A stretch of 64,000 nucleotides of DNA from Epiperipatus broadwayi. Its lineage: Eukaryota > Animalia > Onychophora. Location of the stretch: assembly GCA_028023455.1 (NCBI GenBank), contig JAQFVV010000004.1:17546001-17610000 (forward strand), read 5' to 3'. Below, in pieces: positions 13,001 to 25,000 of the stretch. Position numbers and translations under genes: made by a program. The notes beneath the pieces are model-generated. The model saw only the letters and a program-made list of their open reading frames with translations, was not told where the DNA came from and made no database searches. Every line of letters begins with the position of its first letter. The first letter of the stretch is position 1.

Positions 13001-16000
13001 TGGTGCTTTGTTTTGAATATAGTTATTTTTAAAACAGGCAAAACTGACTATATATATTGCAACACACAACAAGCTAGAGTAATCAATGGATGCCAGAGGT
13101 TTGTGCATAAAATCCCTGTCTAGTGCCTACTCATCCAATATCCCCAGACTAGTTTATAGTTATTTTTGTATAATTTCCTTGCTTCTTTACTTGAATAAAT
13201 AGATTATAATTAGAAATATTATTTTAATATTTACATAATAGATATGCCAAAATTTTAAACAATGAATCATATATGTACTGAGAGTGTTGCTTAGAGATAA
13301 AAAAAAAAAAAGACTTTCAAAAATGATATTCTTCCTCTAAGAACTTTCTCATCAAATTCATTAAGATTGGATAATATTTAAAACTAAAATGAAAGCTTAA
13401 ACAGTAAAATGAAGTTGAAAATATAAATGGATAAGTTTAAATATTGTAGAATGATATAGCTGAAACTGAAGAAAAAACATAAAGAAGAAAAATAAAGTCC
13501 CCAAGTATACTATCATGAGAATAAAATAAACATTCTATCTGAGACAATTAATCAAAAGGATATCATAAATTGCATAAAGACACACTTGAAGAATTCAAAA
13601 GTTAGAAAAAAGAAGAACAAATTGTAAACAGTATGGGTCTTAAATTATAATATAAAAAAAGTTAGATTACATTTTTATATACAAAGAAAAATAGCAATAA
13701 ATGGATAGAAGAAAAAATGGAAAAAATTCTAAATGAACAATGTTTACTAAAAATCTCTTTGTGACAAAAAAACCCAAAGGATAATTGCATTTTGAAGCAG
13801 AAAGAACTTGATTTTAATCTTCTAGTATAATTATAAATTGAAAAAAATGACGAGACTTAGATAAAAAAAAAAAGAAGACAAATTTAACAGAGATAGTTAG
13901 AAAAACATAAAATTACTTATCAAGAGAAATTTAAATAAAAATAAATGAAAACAATGACTTAAAATGAATTGATTAAAAAAAAAAGTTAGAGAATGTGAAT
14001 ATTAATAGAAGATAAATGAATAATGTAAACAATATCAAAGAAAAATATACAGATAAATGTGTGTTAACTAATAAAATAATAAAACAGCTCAGTTTTAAAA
14101 AAAAAACCCCAAAAAACAAACAAACTAAAGAATAAGGGTTGTATCTGTATGGTAATATAAGCCATAATCTACTAATGGAATTCTTGATCTTTTCCTAATC
14201 AGAAAAATACAAGACTTTCACTAATGAAATTACATTAATATTTTCATCATTCCATTCCCTATAATTTAAAATAATACATTAATGAGTATATATATATATT
14301 TACTTTTTTCTTGTTGATTAGTACCATCCTTTAGCAACTGAATTAAACTACTGATGTTTTCTTGCAAACTTTCAAGAGTTTCCTCTTCTCGAGAGCAATC
14401 CTTTAAATAAATAAAACTTTGCATTACTATTAACATCGTTATTAGCATTATCAGCAATTAAAAATACTTGCTTAAATATACACTCTATTGAATCCATATA
14501 ACATACTTTCCTTTAAACATTACAAAATCAACATTTATTCTGAAATCTCTTAATACAACATATATACAAATTATTTCACATTTTAATCTGTACATTTGAA
14601 AGTTCAAATCAATAATGACAGAGATAACCTGTTAATGACTAAAAGTTTCTATTCTAATCTTGAGCCAAAAAAAAAATCAGTTTGTGCATATGAACTACTA
14701 TGCAAAAGTATAATATTATAAAATCCTTGTAATAGATATAAATCATCAAAAATGAAAAACAATCATATAGATTCAAACTATTGACAACTCAACAATATGG
14801 TAAAAACATAACAACAACAACAATATAATTTTATTTATTTACATTAAAATGGTTGGTATTTGTTGTGTATTCAGCTATGAAGCTGACTACCAACAATTAT
14901 CACTAAATTATTAATTACCCAAAACGTTATTAAATAAAAATAAATACACTTATTTACATATTATATATATACACACATCAATTAAGATTTTACTAAATAA
15001 TGATCCATAGTTACTTTATATACACATTAACAATTAGTTCTTGATTTAAAGTTCTAAATCTTCAATGCTATAATCGCCATCAAAAACTACAACGGTGGTG
15101 GACCTAAGTGAATACTAAAAGTTTATATTCACAGTACTTAAAACACAATCCTAATTGGATCTTCTCAGGTGTACACAAATGATAAGAAGACTGGTGAGGT
15201 CTGTAAATATTTTCCCTAGCCGGCTTTCTTTCATCTTCAGAGACATGAGCTATGGAACACTTCCATCACTGCAGAAAAGTCTGGCACTTTTCCATCAGCT
15301 TTTCTCAAAAGTCCTTATGACAGCAACATACAACAGCACATGATGAGTAGAGGAAGATGACATGTTCTTTTCTTGTGCGCACTATTTATACTGTGTTCTC
15401 CTTGCTTGAATTCTTCCTTTCATTCCAATGTAAAAGTAAATTCATTTGACTAATGCATTTTTATAATGACGATAAGGATCCGGCTTCTAATTACATCCGT
15501 TCCTTCCTCAGTAATAAGTTTCAAATATTTATAACATTTGTTTTCTACTAAAATAGTTTAATAGTTTACATAGTTTTCTTGTTATTTTAAATCCAAAAAT
15601 TATATCTGGCCTTGAAAATAATCATTTGCATTATCTTTTGGCAACTTTTTATAGAATGCTTTTAACTTCAATCTTTATCTGTTTAAGTCTAATTTATATG
15701 CAAACCAATCTTTCTTCGTTGAATTAGACTTAAACTTAAATTATCAAAATAAAGTTTCCTTTATTTTTACAGAATTTATTTTTCATTACTTTTTAAACTT
15801 ACATATTTATTTACATTTACATTAATTTTTAGTGATCTTTTTAATGCTTTTTAAACTAGATATATATTTACATTTCATTACTGTTTTTTCTCTCAAGTAA
15901 ACCTTAGCTTTATAACTTATAGCTCTAGAGTTACTAAAACCTATTATATTTTCTACAAAATATAGCACTCCCCTCATTACAGAGAAAAACTCTATTAAAC

Positions 16001-19000
16001 TTGCTACACATAATCACCAAGTCCTCCAGTTTACAATTTTTTATAAATAGGCTTGGGTGATTTTTTTTTTTTAATACTGCAACTTTCTGTTCTGAAATGT
16101 TTTTTTGAGCTTCATTTTTCAAACAATTTCCCCCCTACGATATTATCATTTTTATTTCATGATTAACTGTCTTAGGATTTCTCATTTTCTTTTCAGATTT
16201 TTCATTCCACTGCTATATTCAACGGTGACAGGTCTACCCCACCCTCTAACATGGTTTTTGTGGCATCCTTTTATGCCATCATTGTCACCACTAATCATTT
16301 CTGCTTGATTTGACAGATTCTTTACTGCTGCCCGTTGAACCAAATTTTACTTGTCCTCTCTCTAACACATACTGGTGCTACAATTCTGAAATTCGCATTA
16401 GTCATTTGTTATTTGCTCGCTAAAATGACCATAGCTTGGCTTTATCACTCATAGGTTTTGCTTTCCCAATTGGTCTGCTTGCCACATTATTCAGTGTTAA
16501 TATTTATACCTATGTTCACCTTGTGAAACCAGTACCGCCCGATTAGTAGACTGATTTTTTCTCTTACTATGCAAGAAGGCAATTTTAATATCCTATTTTT
16601 ATGCTTTATAGGCACTATAGCATAGCCCAGTATAAGCAATTTGTTGCCACTGACATCTACAGCTCTTATATTTGTCTGTCTAACTGGAACATCAGATGCA
16701 TTTTCCCTTAATCACTTTCCATAATTTCTCTGAGCACAATGAAATGCCTGATCTGCTATTGATTTCCATTTTGATGTTTCTATTACACATTTCTAATTTT
16801 AACATAAATTTATTACTCAGCCTTGATCTGATATTATTTATGTTTACCATATCAACTGTTAGAATTTCATTTGACTCTATATTATTCTGCCACTGAGGAC
16901 TGGCTTTTGCCATACACATCTTTTTTAAGTGTCCTTTTACATTACGGTTATGGTACTTTCTCCCAGAAACCTACACTGGCTTTTTATGGGTCCTTTTTTT
17001 ACTGCAGCAGAAACAAATAATCAATTTCTTTGATCCATTTACTATATCAGCTTCTTTACAATCTGTTTTCCATGCATTTATATCCTTGTTATCAGTTTTA
17101 TTTTTAAAACAGGCTGCTTGTGCTACTATTAGCTCGTAAGCTACCCTCTTTTAGCTGACTCAAAGTTCAAATCTGCATCACACAGCAGATTTTTTCTCAG
17201 ACTATCATCAAGCAGACCCCATAGTAACTGATCAAGCAATATTTCCTCAACGTAGTTTCCCTATAAGCAATCTTTTGCCAATTGCCTTAATACTAAACGG
17301 TAATCTTTTATAGATTCACCCTTTGCTTGTCTTCTGTTTCTTAGAAACAACTGGGCTACGTACTTCGATTGACTAGGGCTAAATTGATTGATCAAATATT
17401 TTACAGTATCTTCATACGCAACTGCATCCATTATAGGTAACTTGTAATACTTATTTATTATCGCAATTACCCCTCTGCCTGATAGACATAACAATGCAGC
17501 TATTTTTTTATTCTCATCCATAATACCATTTAGCAAGAAAAATTTTTCTGAATAGCATAAAATGGCTATTCCCCAGCATCCCCTACATCAAATTTAGCTA
17601 TTGCCAACTGTTCCAATGACATTTTTTATTAAATTATATATATTCATGAGAACAAAATCATAGTTCATACTAAACTATTCTGAAACAAACCTATTTACAT
17701 GAGATACTAATATATAAACACTATTATAACAAATCTCTATTTTCGCACCTGGTTCAAATGAGACTGTCCAACTGTGCCAGCTTTGTTGTGTATTACGAAG
17801 CTGACTACCAACAATTATCACAAAATTATTAATTACCCAAAACGTTATTAAATAAGAATAAATAAATTTATTTATATTATTATATATATACATGTCAATT
17901 AAGATTTTACTAAATAATGATCCATAGTTACTTTATATACACATTAACAATTAGTCCTTGATTTAAAGTTCTAAATCTTCAATGCTATAATCACCACCAA
18001 AAACTATAATAGTCATGGACCTAAGTGAATACTAAAAGTAAGGTTGCCCAAAGATCATCTGCTTCTAATTTTAATTTTTTTACATGTATACCAACTACCC
18101 TAAAGTGGTCACCATCCAAAACTTTGACTATCCTCTCTTTCTATTCAATTATTCAATAAAACAGTTTTGATTTTTCTTATATATAACATGCACACACAAA
18201 AAAATCAATTTTGAAATTTAATTATTTTTTTGGTCATTAATTTTTCCAATTTATAACAGAAATAAAAAAATATATTTACTGCCAACATTTTTTCCAGTTC
18301 CTCTAATGGATGAGTTCCTTCTGTGAAAGGCCACTGCAGAATAGTTTGCAGCTCGCTAACTGTGAGTGTAAATGTTCTCATTTGCGCCTGCTCATATTCA
18401 TTATGCAGTAGTAATCGTAGAAGCTCATTGGTGGTAGACAGAGTAGAGAGGCAATCTGAACTATCCTTGCTGAAACTACTAGTCAGCTTCTTAAACAGGT
18501 TGTAGAATGTTGAGCTATGCTTCTCAAGTGCACTGAAAAGATTCAAATATATAAAATATTAGCAAAAAAAAAAAAAAAAACTGGAAAAAAACTTAAAAAT
18601 AATAAATGACATCAACATCATTTTAAATTTCAGAGAGTAACAGAATAGTAGGGGGGAAAAAAAAATCATAAATATAATTACTAATTTTTTATTGAATAAT
18701 GATTCTTTAGAGACATATATGCTATATTGTCTGTGTTAGTGTCATTATTATTTGGGACATTTGAACCAAGAGCTTGACTTTTTGAAAACGTTTTGAGACG
18801 TTTTTTTTTAAACAGAATCTTGGCTTTTTAAGATGGTTGAAATGAAATTATTTGTTTTGTGTTATGGCATTTTTTTTTTCTATCAATTTTTATAATATAA
18901 ATTATATTAACCCATCAGCAACTTTTTGGTACAAATTGCTAACACCAAAGTGAAAAACAGCACCAATGAATTTAAACAGCTTTCACAATTTATGTGTGTA

Positions 19001-22000
19001 TTAATACCCCTTAATCACCCCGCACTGAATTATCCTCCAGGAATTTATTAATGATATTGCTAAAATTTCTTGGAGAGATAACATAAATAAATTATGAGTG
19101 CAGCTTAATATGACCATTTTTGATTACGAAAGGATACTGTAATTGAAATGACTTTAAGAAGGAAGGTTGTACTTTAAAAAAAAAGATAAAAAGGCTAGTT
19201 GAAGATAACATTAGATCCATATATAAACATAAGTGTGTTTAAGTTAAAAATAATCAATTTAAAACAAAACTGAAACAGACAACTCATTATAAATAAAAAA
19301 ATATTTAATATATCAACCTGGCTTTCATTTCTTAAATGGAACTTTTTCAAGATGTTTATTTTTAAACAATCACATGGTGTGATGTGATGCACTGTGACTT
19401 CTCCTTACATGGAGTCAGGAATCACTCAGCAACTATGCCCAGAGAAATCTGTTAGCCACTTTACCTTCCCTTTCCATTCTCCACCCTACGTTTTCCCATA
19501 ATCTGCTCCATCCCATTTCCACAACATAATCTTTAACTCTATGGCCTTCATATCTAAATCCCCCCTTATCTTTTCCCAAACCCAGTATAAAAACCAATAA
19601 CTCACTTTCTGTATAATCACTTTGTTCATATTTATTCTTCCATAACTTCATTATTTGTACCCTTTCTGCTTCCAAGCATTTAACAGATGCCTAATATTTT
19701 CTATGCCTTCCTTACACAACTTGCAGACTAAATCACCCATATTTTTCCATTTACGTGTATATTCCTTTGTTGCTAAAGATCTTGTTTGAGCCTTAAACAA
19801 TAAACTACTTTCCTTACTATTATCATCAATTAACTCACACCCAATGTTCCGTTTACTTCTATATATATTTAAATTCATTTTACTCTCCATACTAGTTCTC
19901 CATCTCTCCAACTCCCTATTCTTTATTAATACATCTATTCTTCTATCCCACTCCTTACCACTATAACACTCAACAACTCTCTAACACAATCATCCCACCT
20001 TTTGTACAAGTATACTGACATAAATTCTTTATTAAAGCAGGCAAAACTCACTATATATATTGTGACACAAGCCTTCTGGCATCCATTGATTACTCTAGCT
20101 TGCTGGGTGTGGCAATATATATAGTGAGTTTTGCCTGTTTCAACAACAGTTATACACAAGCATAAGAGGACATAGTCATGTGATGATAAATTCTTTATAT
20201 CAATAAACATCACATGACCACCACTTCTTATGCTTGTGTATAACTGTTGTTAAAACAGGCAAAACTCACTATACGTATTGCCAAATCTTTATCCAAATCT
20301 TCTGCATACCGTATTATTTTTCTCAGCCATCTTGTTGCCTGTCCTTTACTTGTAACCCAATTAAATACTATTTTGGCTATTCTTTTATTATCCATAAACT
20401 GCAATCTACTGAACATTTTCATTATGCTTTTTGCATCTCTCATATAAAAACTTGACCATCTTATTTCTCCTTGAATTGCCTCCTTTAACTGTCCACACCT
20501 CTGCATCTAATGTATGTGTTCCTATTTCCCTTTGTACTTTTTCTAAGTAATCTAATACCCCTTTACTAATACATAACACATCATTGCCATAATTTCTTCA
20601 TCAATCCCTTTCTTTTCTTTGCTTCATTTATCAATTTTTTCTCCCATTCATCCAAGCAATTTTTCTGATTACTCAAGATGATTCCCAAATAACTATATCT
20701 ATTCACCACACTTAACTTTATATTTCTAATAAGAAATCTTTGTCTTCTTTTCCCCAGTATTCACCATCATTATATTTGATTTTTCTTCATTAAATTTAAT
20801 CCCCATATCTTTACCCACCCCTGTGCATGTCCTCAGCATAACTTCCATATCTTCTCTTCTTTCTGCACACAAAAAGACATCATCCGTAAAAAGAAGACCC
20901 GACAATGTATATATTCCATTGCCACCTATTAACAGAATCTCTATCCCCCTTTCCTAGTTTTTCTATTGCTCGCTCCATTTCACTCAAATACAACAAAAAC
21001 AAAATAGATGACATAGGGTATCCTTGCCTCAGTCCCACCCCATTTTTAACTTTAACTGATTCTATATCACCTAATTGATATGTATAGTAATTATTTTCAT
21101 ATAATTTCTTAATAACATCCACTAAAGTTTCATCCATTCCCAAATTTGCTAAACTTATCCATAATCTATTTCTATTTACTCCATCATATGCCTTCTCTAT
21201 ATCTATAAAACTCAAATATAACCGTCTATCTGAATTCCTACTCATATCCATAAGTGGTGTAACTACAAATAAACTATCTCCTACACACTTAGCTGACTTA
21301 AAACTGCCTTGCATTTCCCCCACTACATTATTTTCTTCCATCCATTTTGCAACTCTTCCAGCCACCATATATGAAAAAACTTTATATAAAACTGATGTTA
21401 CTGCTATCAGTCTATAATTGTTTAACTTTCTATAATCCCTACTCTTTCCTTTAAATAATAATCTTACTTTCGTATTACTCCAACTATCTGGAAAAACTCT
21501 CTTCTGTGCCATCTTATTAAAACATGATAATAGCGTTACTTTTTCCCTATGCCCTAAATTCATTACCATCTCTGCTGCCCATCCATCTAAACCTCTTGGC
21601 TTACCACTTCTCGATTTCTTCCCTGCCTTATTCAGCTCATTTTTTGTAAACCTAATATTCCCATTACTATATGCTTTTGTATTTTCTATTCCTCTGTCCT
21701 TCACATCTAACACCTTTTCTATATCCATTACATACTTATTCAAGATTCTTTCTAATTCTTCTCTAGCTGTACTCTTTTCCTTCCGCATCCAGTAATACTA
21801 TTTCTCTCTCTCCACTACATTTCTCCTTTTAATGTAATTCCAAAATTTTTTACTCCCATCTCTTCCACTTTTATTAATATCATCCAATAATTTACTATTC
21901 AGTTTCGTTCACTCTCTATAATTATCTATTTTAGCTAACTTCTTCTTTTCTAAGTACTTTTCCCATTTAGCATTTATATCTTTTTCACTTTCTTTGTTCT

Positions 22001-25000
22001 TAATAGCACACTTATATTCTCTGCATGCTTTTCCCTCTCTTTTACACTTTTACTAACTCTCATTTTTTTTATTACTTTTATTCTTCTGAATATTCTCACC
22101 TAAAACCCTATTTGCCACTTTTTCTACTCATTTCCAACCAACTCTTCCATGGTTTCTTCAACTTGTATTTTATACTCTTCCAACTTATTCTTATAATTCA
22201 CTCTCCATCCACATCTTTCACTATTGTTTCTACTTTTATTTCTATTCTCCATCACATTACTAACCATTTCAATTACAAAGAAATTATGATCACTATTACA
22301 TACTCTCTCTTCATTATCAAACATCTTAATTTTCCGTACTTTATTCATTCCCTCTTTCTCTACCAATACATAATCTATTGTGTGGGAATATTATTTCTAG
22401 ATCATGTGTATTGTCCCTCATAAATATTTGATAAGTTTCCAAATGCTCAAATTCACTCTGACAAAATTTCTTCAAAAGATGTCCATTCTTATTATCTACA
22501 TCATAAATTTCTTCAACATGCCCATTCATATCTTCCTATGACCATTATTCTCTTCCCCTTTTCTTTAAAACTCTGTATATCCTTAAGTAGGCACTCATAT
22601 ATGCTATTGTTCCACTCCATTATAGTTTGACTATCTCCAGTAGCTATATAAACTATAGCCACCATCCATTCTTGTCTTCCCAACCTTATTTGAAACCACA
22701 AATGTTCTTGGCATTTAACAGCATTTAAATATTTTTTAGATATAACACCTATACCACCACCCTTTTTTTCTTTCTCTTTTCTATTTATACCCTGCCATAT
22801 CAAATCTTCCAAAACAGGTTCTTCTTCTTCTCTTAGATGTGTTTCCACTACTGCTAATACCTCAAGCTCTTCATTTTCAATTGCTTTGTTTAATTCCTGC
22901 CACTTTTCTGGTTTCCTACCACCTTGCATGACCAACTACTCTACAACAACTCCATCCAATGGACATAATTTACATTACATTACAATAAATATAATTAGTA
23001 AAATACATATATGTATATAAAAATGATTAAACTTATTACAATTTCTTTTTTTCTTTCCATAATGTACATAATTACAAAATAATCTAAAAATAAATAGATA
23101 ATAATAATCTTTTCTTTTTATTTTAAAATTATAACTCTAACGTTTTCAATAATCTAACAATGTTCATTACCCCTCTAATTGTACTTGACCTTTAACCATG
23201 TTTATACATTTGTTTAAATTTTTTTGAATATACAAAGTTTCATAATATTTTCTTTCCTTATAATTTTTAACATACTTTATTAACTGAATATTTTTTTTTA
23301 CAATTCATTCTATGTCCAGTATCCAAAAAATGTATATATGACCCTGATCTTATATCCTTTCTGTTAATTTCCCTATCATGCTCTTTATCTCTACCTCTTT
23401 CCATGGTAATCTTTCCTATCTGATCCATATATATCACATGGCGAAAATGTCACAACTAATTTTATAAACCAATCCTACTCTATTTTTAATATTATCTATC
23501 TTTTTTGAATTAAGCATTCACTTCCTTAAAAATTTACTATTTTTTCAACCTATTTTAATATTATCAGATAACTTTTTTTTATCAATGTTTTATATAAATG
23601 GTCTGAATATGGAACTGAAACTCACTTCCTATTTGTATACCCATGCCTTACCCTACCCATGCCTTACCCTATCTTTTGTATTATTATTATTTTTATTTCT
23701 GAAAATCTTTTTAATATCTTTTTCTTTATATCCCACACTAACATAATCATTCTCAACTTACAATTTTTCTTGAAATGCTTCTTTTATATTTAATGTTAGC
23801 CGAACACTTTTTAACTGAAACCCTTTCAAAGCCTCTATTTTCTGTGACCATGGTTGATATGACTTTGGTTCAATTATACCTCTTTTTTTCTTTATCCTTA
23901 ATATAATATTCAATAAGTATTTCACTACTAATTTCTTTTCTTTAAAAAATTTCTAAATACTTTAACCCCTTCTTCTCTTTTTGCCTTGTAAACTTAATAT
24001 TGTATTTATTATTGTTCAATTCTTTAAATGCATTAATAATACTTCTATTATTACCTATTACAATTATATCATCAACATATCTACGATATTCTAGAATTTC
24101 CTTATTTTTTATATACTTATCAATTATACTTTCCTCTATATAGTCAATCATAATCAATAATAAAATCACACTAATAGAGCAACCCATAATCCCATCCCTT
24201 TGTTATATTCCAAAATTCTTCATTATATTTAAAATATAAAGCATCATTTATCAACAATAATGCTTCTGATAACACATAACCAATCTTCTGAAATTATATT
24301 ACTCATTTTTATTTTTTCAATAACTATTTTTATACTATCTTCCCTAGGTATACACTTTTGATACATTTTTTCAATATCAAATGATACAATAATTCCATTT
24401 CTATTTATTTTTACATGATTTAATTTATCTATAAGTTCTTCTGAATTATTAATACAATGTTGCCAAAACCTATTGCAATGGGAATCTTTTTATATATTAT
24501 ATCACATAAATCTTTATTAAAGTCTAATATCACTCTTACTGGCATGTCATCCTTATGTGTTTTAATCATCCCAAATATACATAGATGTTTAAATGCTGTA
24601 GGATATAAAAATCTATATTCCTTTTCAATAATTGTTTCATTTTCATATAATTTAATAAAATCTTATATTTTGTTTTAATTCTATTTCCCGAGTCTTTATT
24701 TATTTTTTGGTATGCCTGCTTTACAATATCTTCTTTTATTTTTCTATCATAGTCCATTTTATTTAAATCCACATTGACCCTTTATCTTCACTTGTTATCC
24801 TTATTTATCTTTTCCATAATTGTCTTATAAAAGATTTCTTCCATTCTTTTTTACTATATTTATAGTTTCTATTAATAATATTATTAATTTTTGATTGTAA
24901 TTCTGCTTTCACTACTCTTAAAACTTGCAGTTTCCACACTAACAACTGTTGTTTTTTGGATATCTCTATCCACAAATGATATATATTTAGTCCCTTTATG

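Larger units (their letters stand above)
14861..18039 (-). mobile_element. Internally deleted Ty3/Gypsy LTR retrotransposon (LTR-PBS-gag-pro-[deleted RT/RH/IN core]-IN tail-LTR)
   Basis: Direct repeats at 14861-15122 and 17784-18039; gag NQFSPSQSKY...GESIKDYRLVLRQLAKDC; degenerate protease MEINSRSGISL; PBS at 17765-17779. Confidence 0.85.

Noticed and set aside
20262-20282. GCAATACGTATA in the LINE insert resembles the stem III of the foldback hammerhead
   Set aside because: There is no upstream CUGANGA or stem II in any of the four copies.
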